From contig NC_043008.1 in NCBI RefSeq assembly GCF_006345805.1, positions 50,592,001 through 50,656,000 of the forward strand: a stretch of DNA of 64,000 nt. The letters run 5' to 3'. Shown here piece by piece: positions 12,847 through 25,712 of this stretch (the first letter of the stretch is position 1; every line of letters starts with the position of its first letter). A model generated the notes under the pieces. It was not told where the DNA came from. It searched no databases and saw only the letters and a program-made list of their open reading frames with translations. Both the position numbers and the translations under genes were made by a program. This stretch comes from Octopus sinensis. Lineage: Eukaryota.

Positions 12847-14827
12847 CAAAACCAAGTGGTTACAAGGCAAGCTCCTTAAGATTTTAGCCAGCACTTTGTA
12901 GCAGACAGGTGTAAACATCTTGGAGTGGTTGGCATTAGGAAGGACATCCAGCTGTAGAAACTCTGACAGATCAGATTGGAGCCTGGTGCAGCCATCTAGT
13001 TCGCCAGACCTCAGTCAAATCATCCAACCCATGCCAGCATGGAAAGCAGACATTAAACGATGATGATGATGATGATAACACCGTTGTGGTGAGAAAAGAA
13101 GGAACTACTAGGTTAGTTTAAATCTGTCATCCCAGAAGCTCATTATCAAAGGAAGATTTAATATCAAGAGAAATGAAGGATCATCATCATCACCATCTTA
13201 ATCTACTTTCTTACACTGATAGAATTTTTTTTTCAATGGTTTTGGTCAAGAGAAGCAGAGATGTCCATCACGTCAAAGGCAAAAAGTGCGACTGATATGG
13301 TTGATACTCAGTTTGAATGTTTGGAGATCAACGACTGCAGGGGAGGGAGGAGAGAGGAGGAACAGAGGGACGGTGCTGGTGGGAGCTAGGGGTGGAATGG
13401 CATATACAAACGTTTTCTTGTTCCAAGAAAGAAGAAAGTTTAGTTTGGTGTCAAAGAGTGACAGGAAAGAATGTGATGGAGGAGAGAGATGGAAGTGTTA
13501 TGTAAGTCAAGTTCAGAAGAACAGAGGGTATTCTAGTAGTAGTGGTAGTAGTAGTAGTAGTAGTAGCAGTAGTAGTAGTAGCAGTAGTAGTAGTAGTAGT
13601 AGTAGTAGTGGACAGAGAGAGTAAAGAAAGTAGATTCCATCAAAGGAGTTTCGTTAAAAAAGACTTGGGTTGCCATGACACTAATAAAATTGGGAAGAAA
13701 ATGTCTACAAAAGCAAGGAAAAATCAAAATTGAAAGTAGGCACAGGTATGTGTGTGTGTTTATCGCCTCCACTGCCAGATAACCAGAGTTGGTTTGTTTA
13801 CATCTCCATAACTTAGCAGTTTGGCAAAAATAAACTGATTAGAGAAAGTATCAAGCTTAGAAACAAATAACTACTGGAGATGATTTGCTCAACGAAACCC
13901 ATCAAGATGGTGCCCCAACATGGCTGGAGTCCAATGACTGACACCATAAAAAGACCCCCCAAAAAAAATTAATAAAAGACAAAAATAAAAAAGGGCTGAC
14001 AAGAGGAAGAACAACCAGCCAGAGTACACTGGCTCCCTCAATGTCATTCAACCTATTTATTTCATTCAGTATGGAAAAAGTGGACATCAAAATAACAACA
14101 ACAATGTCAATGGTGATAAAAGAACATATATTTTAGATGGAAAAAAATGAAAAATATGATTTAAAAAGTTTTCAAAGCAATACTTATTAGGGTGATTAAT
14201 AATGACAACATGAAAAAACCCGATTTTGGATTATAATTTTCTGTTTAGTGACAGGAGGAAGCGTAGTGGCTGTGACTATTTGCAGGGTCTTTGATACTGA
14301 TGGGGTGGTCTTAAGCTCAAGGATTGTCGTGGGGTTGTGGGTTGCTATAGGTCACATTATGTGTCATTGGTTGAGGTTGGGGGCCGTGATTTGCTGTGGG
14401 GTCATGGGTTGCCATAGGGGTTGTGGGTTTTCACAATCGGAAGCAGTACCCTCTGATAATGTGGGGTTGCAGTAGGAAGCAGTGAATATCAAAATCAAGT
14501 TCTCCTCACACCAGAGACCTGGTTTGCATGCTTGTGACAAAATGAATTCAGCTAAAAAGGAGGGGCCCAAGGAGCAGGTGGCATCAAACCATGCAATGAA
14601 TTTAATCTGCTACCCAAGAACATGTACATTCTATTTCACAGGCCTTCATTCAGAGTTCCCATCCACCCAACCTGAGGCTGACCTGACACTATGCTAAACA
14701 AAGCATTTGCTCCCCAAGTCCCAGCAGTTAATGTCTTGACCATTTGGCCATCCGCACACCGTCAAGTAAGTCAAAGTTGAAAATTCTTCAGTCCAACATT
14801 GGTATTTATTTGAAGTCAGAGAGAGAA

Positions 14828-14985
14828 AGAGGGACAGAGAGGCAGAGAGAAAGAGGGACAGACAGGCAGAGAGAAAGAGGGACAGACAGGCAGAGAGAAA
14901 AAGGGAAAGAGATAGAGGGACAGACAGGCAGAGAGAAAAAGGGACAGACAGACAAAGAGATAGAGGGACAGACAGGCAGAGAGAA
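14828..14985. repeat. 24-bp purine-rich minisatellite (AGAGGGACAGACAGGCAGAGAGAA)
   Basis: About 6 units with short interruptions. Confidence 0.85.
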
Positions 14986-16615
14986 ATTAATATATTCCTA
15001 ATTCTAGAGATTTAGATATGTCATGTGACCTTTTAAAGGAATTTGAAGGAATTGTTTTTTCCTTTGTTATATTGTATGTATGCATGCGTGTGTGTGTGTG
15101 TGTATGTGTGTGTATATACATTTGTATATGACTGTTTGTGATTATGTATGTGTATATATATTCTTTTCTACTCGAGGCACAAGGCCCAAAATTTTTGTGG
15201 AGGGGGCCAGTCAATTAGATTAACCCCAGTACACAACTGTTACTTAATTTATCGACCCCGAAAGGATGAAAGGCAAAGTTGACCTTGGCGGAATTTGAAC
15301 TCAGAATGTAAAGACAGACGAAATTCCGCTAAGCATTTCGCCCGGTGTGCTAACTTTTCTGCCAGCTCACTACCTTCGGAATAGTCTTCATATAGTGTCA
15401 GGTTCAGTCCTACATGGCATCTTGGGCAAGTCCCTTCTACTATAGCCCTGGGCTGACCAAAGCCTTGTGAATAAATTTAGTTGATAAGAACTGAAAGAAG
15501 CTTGCTGTGTGTGTGTGTGTGTGTGTGAACATATCCATGTCCTGATATTGATTGTAAACCAGTCTTCCATAAATCACATGTCTGGCCATGGGGGAAATAT
15601 TACCTTACTTGGAAACAGAAGAGGGTTGGTGACAGGAAGGGCATCCAGCCACAGAAAATCCGTCCCAACAAATTCCATCTGATCTATGCAAGTATGGAAA
15701 GATGGACATTAAAACAATGATAATGATTCTGTCATATGGTGCATGATTGAGAAATTCACTTCATAACCACAGTGTCCTAATTTTGACCCCACTGGGGACC
15801 ACCTTATATGTGTGTGTGTGTGTGTGTGTGTCTATTGTCTTCTACTGTAGTTTTGGGCTGAAAGATATTTTTGTAAATGGAATTTGATAGATGGAAACTG
15901 TGCAGAAGCCCAAGAAACACACACACACACAAGCATCTGTGTCTAAGCCTGTGCTTGTGCTTACGTATAAGACCGAATTAAGCTGTACCCCACCGTATGG
16001 CAGACCTTAACCCTAGACATTTAACAATTAGATCCCAATAAAATAAATACCATACACCCCCCAGGTACTAGGGCAAGAGGGGTGGTGATATAACTGAGTC
16101 GATAACCACTAAATGAGGTGCCCCAGCATGGTCGCAGCGCAATGACTGAAATTAGATAAAGCAAATCAGTGTAGTAGCAGCAGGGATGTGGGGTTCAAGG
16201 GAAGATAATCCCTCAAAAAAGCAGCAGCAGCAGTAACAACAGTAAGAACAACAACAACAAAACTTGCCCTCATTCTTCCCTAGCCTCTGACTTAAAATAT
16301 TCATTTGGTTGCTCAAATTACATTAGAAATTAAAGAAAAACAGCATCTAAAAGAAACAATAAAACATAAACATACATACAAATACATATAATGCTTTTGT
16401 TTTAATTAATTCATGTGTATAGACATAAATATATGTGCATACACACATACACACACATATATATATACACATACATATATATGTGTATACACACACATAT
16501 ATATATACACATACATATACGTGTATACACACAAACACATATAAAAATAAAACACAAACATTTTCTGAAATGAAAATTAGATTGATAATTGTTTTTACAA
16601 AGATCTGGGTATAGA

Positions 16616-16649
<34 letters not shown>

Positions 16650-17224
16650 AGTTGAACCGTCCAACCCATGCTAGCATGGAAAACGGACGCTAAATGATGA
16701 TGATGATGATGATGATATATATATATATATATATATATATATTTCCTGTATGTAGGTATTGCTGTGGACGTGTGTGTGCATACACGAACATGTGTATGTG
16801 TACAAATTTATGAGTCAAGAGTGAACAAAAGTGTAAAGACGAGAGCATGTGTATTTGTGAGTGCGAGTGTACCCGTTTGAAGGCTTTTAGCCCTGGGTTT
16901 GAGCCACTGCTGGCTTTCAATCCTGGTTTGCTTTGCTGTTGAGCCATGCTAGGTGCTGACTGCGCAGTCAGTGCAACGAAACACGTTGGCATCATTTCCA
17001 GCTGCCAAGTCCTTACCAAGTCCAAGATCATTCAGAGACGTAATTGACTTGGTAGTCATGTCCAGTGGGAAAATATGTGGACACTTTAAGATGAATGGGA
17101 ATAAATAAAAAGTGGTACACACACACACACACATAGTGAACAGAGTCCATGAACAGCAAGAAAATAGTCTGAGTAGAATCAATCAAAGACATGCCGATTC
17201 AGACAGACAAGATGGTCAAGGAAG

Positions 17225-17421
17225 TGCCCAGATATATGTTTCTTTATTAGCCACACAGGGCTGCACACAGACGGGACAAATTACAAAGTAGAGCTTTCCT
17301 TTTTGGGGATAAAAAAAAAAGGGGTTTTGGTTTTCGATCAAAAGGAATCGTAAAAGGAAGGAAAGAAGAAAGCAAAAAAAAAAAGGGGGGGATAAAAATA
17401 AAAGGAAAATGCCCAGATATA
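17225..17421 (-). mobile_element. Short retroposed insertion with 12-bp TSD
   Basis: TGCCCAGATATA at 17225-17236 and 17410-17421; minus-strand tail GCCCTGTGTGGCTAATAAAGAAAC resembles the Nin-SINE tail. Confidence 0.65.
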
Positions 17422-18983
17422 AATATGTCTACTATGATAGACACCTCAAAACGATTCCAACAAAATGTTGACTGGAATAAGGTGAAGACCTCTGTCAAAG
17501 CATAAAGATCTTCATACTGGAATAAACAAGATATGGAGCATAAAAGCGAAAACTACCAATAGTTCACTTTCCCGTGTTTGCATGGGTCAGATGGAATTTG
17601 ATGAGGCAGATTTTGTACAGCCAGATGCTCTCCCTGTTGCCAACCCTCACCTGTTTCCAAGCAAGGTAATATTTCCGAATGGTCAACCAGAGTTTTCACA
17701 GAAGACAGGAAATGAACAACTTTGCTTGTATGACAATGATGTTCCTTTACACCCATCATATGATGTCGAGACAAAGGTACAAGCACCATACACACAGAGG
17801 AAGGGGTGAGTGGGGTGCTGAAAAATTCCTGGGTTTAAGAGTATCACTAAAGCCCTGGTTTGAGGCCCAACCTTCCAAGTTCTTTCACAGGGCTTAGAAA
17901 AACTGAAGGACCACTGCAATAAGTGTGTCAATAAGAGAGAGAAATGTGTTGAATGGAATCATAATTAATAGATCCTCCTGCATTTACTGTTATCCAAAGC
18001 CAGGGACTTTTCAACACCTACTCGAATACAAACAGTCACACACACACATACACACGTGTATGACTGGTTTCTTTCAATTTCTATTCACTTACAAGCATTT
18101 AGTTGGTCCAGGGCTACAGTAGAAGACACCAGCTGAAAGTGCTGTGCAATGAGACAAAACCTGAAACCACAAATGAAACCAGATTCTTAACCACGCCTGC
18201 ACTTAGGACTTGAAATAAAGTCCTGCTAGTTACAGTTTTCATGTTACACAAGACGCTTCAATTAGAACAATGTAAACAATATGCTATGCACATAATTCAT
18301 AAACCTCATGCTCGCAAAACCCATTTCTTAGCCACTTGGCTGTATGCATCTGCACACATGCACATTTGCATGTGTCTGTGTGTGCAGATGCATGCCAAAA
18401 AGACCTAACCTACCCAATAAGATAGACTATATTCTCTGTTGGTCTGCCGGATAAAGTGGGGCCAACCCATAACATCACAAAATAGACGTAAAAGTGACCA
18501 CATACACACACACACACACATGAATGTATTGGAATAGACAAAAAGTCAAACCAAAAAAAAAAAAACATTTGAAACTTAATCTTCTAAGACGTGCATCAAG
18601 TTGCCGGGATATAAGAAGCTGTGACTGGCACAATTCTTTCGCTTACAAGCATTAAAACACTTTGTGCTGCATCAGCAAAACCAACCTTCTTCCTAAACGA
18701 CTTTTAAGCTGGGGAAAATTCATGCTTCACCCCCACCCGAGATGTTTGCTTACTCTTTATCAATCACAATGTTTTGATTGATTGGAACAGCTTTCTTTTA
18801 TCCAAGGGAACAACTTTCATCCAGTTTGTTTGAGACATCTAAGGCAGGTGTCCCCACACACCAGACCACAGGTCATTTGGTACCTGGCTGCATAGAAAGA
18901 ATAAATTTTTAACTGTTATTTCTGTTTTATTTACTATCACAGTCTGCAGGGTGTTTTTGTGTTATATGTGCGTTATATGTATA

Positions 18984-19155
18984 GGCGTAGGAGTGGCTGT
19001 GTGGTAAGTAGCTTGTTTACCAACCACATGGTCCTGGGTTCAGTCCCACTGCATGACACCTTGGGCAAGTGTCCTCTACTATACCCTCGGGTCGACCAAA
19101 GCCTTGTGAGTGGATTTGGTAGACGGGAACTGAAAGAAGCCCATCGTATATATGC

Positions 19156-19199
<44 letters not shown>

Positions 19200-19402
19200 T
19201 TGACAACCGATGCTGGTGTGTTTACATCGCTTGACAACCGATGCTGGTGTGTTTACATCGCCGCAACTTAGCAGTTCGGCAAAAGAGACCGATAGAATTA
19301 GTACTAGGCTTACAAAAAATAAGTCCTGGGGTCGATTTGCTCGACTAAAAGGTGGTGCTCCAGCATGGCCACAGTCAAATGACTGAAACAAGTAAATGAG
19401 TA
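18984..19402 (+). mobile_element. Near full-length tRNA-derived SINE with internal 31-bp duplication
   Basis: GGCGTAGGAGTGGCTGTGTGG head, GGTTCAGTCC B-box; TTGACAACCGATGCTGGTGTGTTTACATCGC occurs twice at 19200-19261. Confidence 0.85.
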
Positions 19403-20536
19403 ACCAACTGTGTCTTGGCCACTGACAAAATATAAACAAAAACATAATATTGTTTGAAAGAGAAAGAATGAAAAAGGAGAGGAGAGACAATGGGAGGCCA
19501 GAAAGCAATGACCAGAACCGGCTCCAACATTCACATGTGGCCAATGCAAGGATTAGCCTTGTTTGCTACATGTGCTGTTGGCATTAATAGTCCAAATATT
19601 CATCCAAGAGAAGAGATCAGTTCTCAGACTTGAGAAATGAGCCAACAAGATCATCATCATCATCATTGTCGTTTAACGTCCGCTTTCCATGCTGGCATGG
19701 GTTGGACGGTTTGAGTGAGGAATGGTGAGCCAGAAGGCCGTACCAGGCTCAATCTGATCTGACAAAGTTTCTACAGCTAGATGCCCTTCCTAACGCCAAC
19801 CACTCCGAGAGTGTAGTGGGTGCTTTTACGTGCCACCAGCACGAGGGCCAGTCCAGCAGCACTGGCAAAGATGTAAGGATTAAATTATGTATCATACACT
19901 TCAACCCCAGACAATGGAAAAATTGTCTTGCATGAAACTGTCCCATGAAGCAAAAAACAAAAAAAAAAGGTCAGGAAGAACTGATATATGGAACTTCGTT
20001 ATTATCATTTAACATCCAGTTTTCCATGCAAGCATGGGTTAGATGGAATTCATTGAAGATTTTCAATGGATGCCCTTTCTGTTGCCAACCTTTAACCATT
20101 TCTTATTTTCACAGGAGACTGGAAATAAAGGACACTGATAATATGATGGTGACACTCATTTTATGACAATCATGCAACATCAAGACAAGGAAACAGAAAC
20201 ACAATCACACACACCCATGACAGGCTTCTTTTAGTTTCCATCTCCGAGATCAACTCATAAGGCTTAGGTTGGCTCAGGGTTATAATAGAAGACACTTGTC
20301 CAAGGGGGCCACAGAGTGGAACTGAACCTGGAAATCATGTGCTTGGAAGCAAACTTCTTAGCCAGCAGCAAATATCCCAGTGTGACAGTGAACATGGAGC
20401 AGAAGGCCACATGTAGCAGCTAACATAGTGAACACTTGTTGGTGATGGAACAAGTATGTAGCAGGTGTCTTAATGTAGTAACAAACATGTAGTCAATGCT
20501 CCAATGTGACGGAGAGCATGTAGCAGATGCACTGCA

Positions 20537-20777
20537 GTAACAGTGAACATGTAGTGAACTTCCCAAAGTAGCAGTGAACATGTAGTGAATTTCCTAATGT
20601 AGCAGTGAACATGTAGTGAATTTCCCAATGTAGCAGTGAACATGTAATGAACTTCCCAATGTAGCAGTGAACATGTAATGAACTTCCCAATGTAGCAGTG
20701 AACATGTAATGAACTTCCCAATGTAGTAGTGAACATGTAATGAATAATAGAAATGTAGCAAGAAACATGTAGTGAAC
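20537..20777. repeat. 31-bp minisatellite GTAGCAGTGAACATGTA(G/A)TGAACTTCCCAAT
   Basis: Six well-conserved contiguous units plus two degenerate ones; no spacers. Confidence 0.95.
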
Positions 20778-21939
20778 TACTGTACTTTGGCTGTAAACAA
20801 CTGGTGAACTAATGAAATACAGAAGTAAACATATACTGAATAGTGAACTGAGACAGTAAACATCTGGTGAACACAATCACCAGATGACAACAAACACAGC
20901 TGACAGAGTGAGCGCAGTCAAAGCAGTGAACTGGAGACTGTACCTCAGGCAGTCACAATGCATCTTTGCAAAGATGACCATATGAATATACACCTACCAT
21001 CATAAAAAAAGAAGTCCATGGCCATGGATGTGTGGTTAGAAGTTTGCTTCCCAAGCACATGGTTCCAGGTTCAGTCCCACTGTATGGCACCTCGGGCAAG
21101 TGTCTTCTACTATCGCCTCAGTCTGACCAAAGCCTTGTGAGTGGATCTGGTAGACAGAAACTGAAAGAAGCCCGTCATAGATATATCTCTGCTGGATGTG
21201 TAATGTCAGTGTGCATGTATGATGGAGTATGGCTTAAGAGAAAAATTGGGCACAAGAGGCATCGGATGTCACACGCAAGACTATGCTGGTATGGTTGCGC
21301 AATGCGTATGGATGAGGACAGTTGCATAAACATGTAGTGGACTACAGAACTTTGGCCATAAATAACTGGTGAACTACTGAACCTGGAACACTGTGCTTAG
21401 AAAGCAAACTTCCAGCCATACAGCCATACCTCTGCACTTCCTTTTCCATGATGGTAAGTGTAAATTTGGCAAAAAGAAATGATCAAATAAGTACCAGGCT
21501 TAAAAAACATAAATAAGCACAGGGATCAATTAATTCAACTAAAAATTCTTCAAAGCGGTGCCCCAGCATGGCCACAGTGTAATGACTGAAAAAAGCAAAA
21601 AAATAAAAGATAAGGGCCTGAAAACAATTTTCCAAGTGCGCACACATACCTTTACACTCGTACCATGTGCATACACATCCGTGTGTGTGTGTAACAGCAT
21701 GGTTGAGTGGCTAGGTAACAATGCAACACTGACCCTGTGCTAATTCCCTCCCTCATTAACCAGGAGCAAATATTTAGTTTTATTTGGCCGAACCATTCAG
21801 TTAATGCAGCGATGACTTCACATCAAAAGCAGGCAAAGAGACCAACTAACATAGGCGAATATTAAACGAAGCTATGCGGGGGGGAAAAAATGTTCAAAAA
21901 GAAACAAACAAAAGAAAAAGTTTATCTCTTTCCTTCTTG

Positions 21940-22337
21940 TGACACAAACCCTACTTGTGAAGACCTGTTGAGGCAAGTGAAAATCAAAATCAAAATCGAA
22001 ATCGATCAACATCAATGGAAATTGTAGCTGCGATACCAGTGCCGGTGGCACGTAAGAGAACCATCCGAACGTGGCCGATGCCAGCGCCGCCCCAACTGGC
22101 CTCCGTGCTGGTGGCATGTAAAAAGCACCATCCGATCGTGGCCGTTGCCAGCCTCATCTGGCACCTGTGTGGGTGGCACGTAAAAAGCACCCGCTACACT
22201 CACGGAGTGGTCGGCGTTAGGAAGGGCATCCAGCCGTAGAAACACTGCCAGATCAGATTGGGCCTGGCGCAGTCTTCTGGCTTCCCAGACCCCAGTTGAA
22301 CCGTCCAACCCATGCTAGCATGGAAAGCGGACGCTAA
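21940..22337 (+). mobile_element. Long copy of the RTE-tailed modular element
   Basis: Three GTG(C/T)NGGTGGCA(C/T)GTAA modules, GGAAGGGCATCCAGCCGTAGAAAC, and AACCCATGCTAGCATGGAAAGCGGACGCTAAAC(GAT)n. Confidence 0.8.
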
Positions 22338-23829
22338 ACGATGATGATGATGATGAAAGAAAAGACAAAAACCTAAAGAATCTCAAAGGGAACAGGTTTT
22401 AATAATGACCTCAAACTTTTTCCACAAGGGCAGCACAGGGGAGGCACAAGGGCAGCACAGGGGAGGGGATTAAGTCGATTACATCGACCCTGAAAGGATG
22501 AAAGGCAGAGTTGACCTCGGCGGAATTTGAACTCAGAACCTAATGGCATGCTAACGATTCTACCAGCTTGCCGCCTTAAAACAGGTTTTGATAATATTCA
22601 TAGGTTCGAATCAAATTCCGTCTCCACCCTCACCACAACAATGATTTGCTCATATTTCTCATAATCACAAGTTTCCTATTGTCAAGGAAGGTGTGTGTGT
22701 TTGTTTGAGACTATTGTTAATCTATTGTTGGAATTCTGAAGTGGGAGACGAAGCAGAGCGTAACACAAAATGCCTGCATTCTTCAGTTGAAATCTATGTC
22801 AGGCTTTGCCTTTCATCCTTCTACAGTTGATATTACTAGTCCAGGATAGAGGATGGCAGATGGCTGGAACTGTTGGAGCACCAGACTTGATGTCTTCTGA
22901 TGGTTGTGCAGGCCTCTTGCAATTTAACTAACAGATGGTAGATTTAAGATGCTACCCAGTTTAACGGGGTCAGCTGGGTGTTAGATCCCATTAACAAAAG
23001 TTATTCAATCACCAACAAACTAAACCTAATGACATTGAAATGCTCTAACAAACATTCTATTATCAATTAAAAGCACTATTCATTAAGAAAGTCAATTTAT
23101 ATACAGGCACAGGAGTGGCTACGTGGTAACAAGATTGCTTAAGGCGGTGAGTTGGCAGAAATGTTAGCACGTCGGGCGAAACGCTTAGTGGTATTTCTTC
23201 TGCTGTTACGTTCCAAGTTCAAATTCCACCAAGGTTGACTTTGCCTTTCATCCTTTTGGGGTCGATAAATTAAGTACCAGTTACCCACTGGGTCGATGTA
23301 ATTGACTTAATCTCCTTGTCTGTCTTTGTTTAGCACCTTGTGAGCAATAAAGATATAAGAAGATTGCTTCCCAACCACATTGTTCCAAGTTCAGTCCCAC
23401 TGCGTGGCACGTTGGGCAAGTGTCCTCTGCTATAGCCTCTGGCCAACGAAAGCCTTGTGAATAGATTTGGTAAGTGGAAGCGAAAGAAGCCAGTCACATA
23501 TATATGTATATATTTATGTGTGTGTCAGTGTTTGTCACCTGCACCATTGCTTGACAACAAATGCCAGTGTGTTTACATGCCCATAACTTAGCTGTTCGGC
23601 AAAAGAGACCAATAGAATAAGTACAAGGCTTACAGGGGTTGATTAGTTTGACTAAAGGCAATGCTCCAGCATGGCCACAATCAAATGACTGAAACAAGTA
23701 AAAGAACGTAATCCTTTTAAAATGTATTAGAATCAACGCATTAGTACATAAAGTGCAACAAGTCATACAACTTTGCTTGGTCTTCAAAACAATATGATAT
23801 GAGTATAAATATATGCACCTGAAATAGCA

Positions 23830-24181
23830 GCCGAGGTTCCCCAGAAGCCTAGGGTTCCACGAGAAAGAGTGAGACAAGCCAATGTGCTAATTTCATGATC
23901 GTAATATTACTGTACATGCACAAAATGTTGTTGGTTATTGTAATATAGACATCATACTTTCTAACCTATTATAATATAAAAAAAAATATAACAACCATTG
24001 GGAATATATTTAGTGATGTCTGTAATTTAGGGACACCCTATATATATATATTTACCACGTGAACTATGATGAAAAAATATGAGGACGATAATGGTATGTA
24101 ACTTTTTTTGAGCAGGGATTCTTTGAGACATGTAATATATTTTAAGGGTTACACAAGGGTAAAAAGGTTGAGAAACACCGG
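23830..24181. mobile_element. Possible hAT/Charlie-like MITE remnant
   Basis: Right end AAAAAGGTTGAGAAACACCG resembles Charlie-type termini; left end only loosely matches. Confidence 0.3.
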
Positions 24182-24689
24182 ATTAAAGTAACATGATAAA
24201 ACAGCGCAAGTTGTGGGATTTTGTCTCTGAGTAATGTCTCAGTAGAGACTTGGTGTGTTAAAAACAGAACCAGCTGTGAATGGTGTCAGGACCATTGGGC
24301 TCAAGTGTTTCAGGTTAATTTCACCTATTCAGTGGCAGACACTTCAGAACAATAGTTCCTAGCCCGCTCCAAATAACCAGGGACATCTGAAGAGGCAAAA
24401 TTAAACCAAATTACCAATGTCTGAAGATCCTGATGCCAATCAGAGTTTGTATTTTTAACAGAGCTGAGTACATCCATCTTCAAGAGACTACCTTTTGTGC
24501 CACAGTGGTAATGGAGTGATTCATCAGGCCACCCAGTTCAGTGTCAAGTAGTGTGTTAAGTGAAGCATGAAGCTATGAAAAGTAAACCACCAAAAGAACT
24601 GCATTAAATAACAAGACACTGGGGAACAATGACAACTTATATTCATTCAGTCACACTATTAGTGATGCGTGTCTTGGTAAACCAAGCAC

Positions 24690-24935
24690 CCAAATGAAAT
24701 AAGGACAGGACACATTCCACACACATATATATATAGTTAGTCCCCCAAAAAACAACAAAGTGAGGATGTGGTACATGTAAAGTATTAGCAAGCGCTCAGG
24801 GAAGGAAAGAAAGGTAGTTTTATGTTTCAAGCAAAGCTCTTCTTCAGAAACAGGAGATGGAGGAAAGTCCAAGAGAAAAGGAAGACAGAGGGAGAAAAGA
24901 CACCAAAAACCAATGATCCACATGTAGATCCATTT
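24690..24935 (-). mobile_element. Penelope-like pseudo-LTR fragment between (TA)n tracts
   Basis: Clearly homologous to 33720-33920 (+), e.g. TCCCTCTGTCTTCC..TTCTC...GTTTC-HHR-AAAC...CTTTCCT..CCTGAGC; contains a hammerhead motif. Confidence 0.6.
24817..24851 (-). ncRNA. Minimal type I hammerhead ribozyme motif (degenerate helix III)
   Basis: Minus strand GTTT-CTGAAGA-A-GAGC-TTT-GCTT-GAAA-CATA-AAAC: stem I GTTT/AAAC, core CUGAAGA, stem II GAGC/GCUU; ACAU replaces the ACGU palindrome. Confidence 0.55.
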
Positions 24936-25363
24936 TGAAAATATATATATATATATTATATGTTGTAGAATTAGCCATACTTTGTGTGTAGGTTTTCTGA
25001 TGACTTACATTCATCATCATAATATACATATATTTACCCGCACATTTGCTGGTGGCACATGAAAAACGACATTCAAACAGTGCCACCGGACTGGCTCTCG
25101 TGCAGGTAGCACGTAAAAAACACCTTTTGAGTGTGGTTGTTGCCAGAACTTCCAGACTGGCCCTTGTGCCAGTGGCACGTAAAAAGCATCCACTAAACAC
25201 TCAGAGTGGTTGGTGTTAGGAAGGGCATCCAGCTGTAGAAACTTTGCCAGATCAGATTGAGCCTGGTGCAGCCTCTGACTCACCAGTCCTCAGTCAAATC
25301 GCCCAACCCATGCCAGCATGGAAAGCAGACGTTAAACGATGATGATGATGATATACATACATA

Positions 25364-25712
25364 CATGAGGTGGTATCAAAAAGATCCAGGACCAGTTAAG
25401 TTTAATAAAAAACTAACTTATTTACCTAAGATTTTAACATCATCTTTGAAACAGTCACCTTGTGCAGTAATACAACAGTTCTAGGGTTTTTGCCACTTTT
25501 GGAATCTAGTCTTGAAGTCAGTTTCCGCAAGCGACTGAGGACCTTCTAATTCATTCGGGATCTTGACAATGGTTTTAAAACAGGGACCTCTAAGCTGCAT
25601 TTTCATCTTGGGAAAGAAATGGAAGTTTGCAAGTGCTAAATCTGGCAAATAGGATGGATGCAGAAGTGATACCTTGTGATGTTTGGTGAGAAACTCACCA
25701 AACTTCACATAT
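25364..25712 (-). mobile_element. Mariner transposase 3' fragment with terminal repeat remnant
   Basis: HPSYLPDLALANFHFFPKMKMQLRG (decayed YSPDLAPSDF motif), then FQKWQK...CITAQGDCF; terminus TGAGGTGGTATCAAAAAG. Confidence 0.85.

Noticed and set aside
16956-16971. Perfect 16-bp palindrome CTGACTGCGCAGTCAG
   Set aside because: Single short instance with no supporting context
20537-20777. CRISPR-like array, or repeat-protein ORFs 20470-20876
   Set aside because: Units are contiguous with no unique spacers; the ORFs are minisatellite translations in eukaryotic DNA
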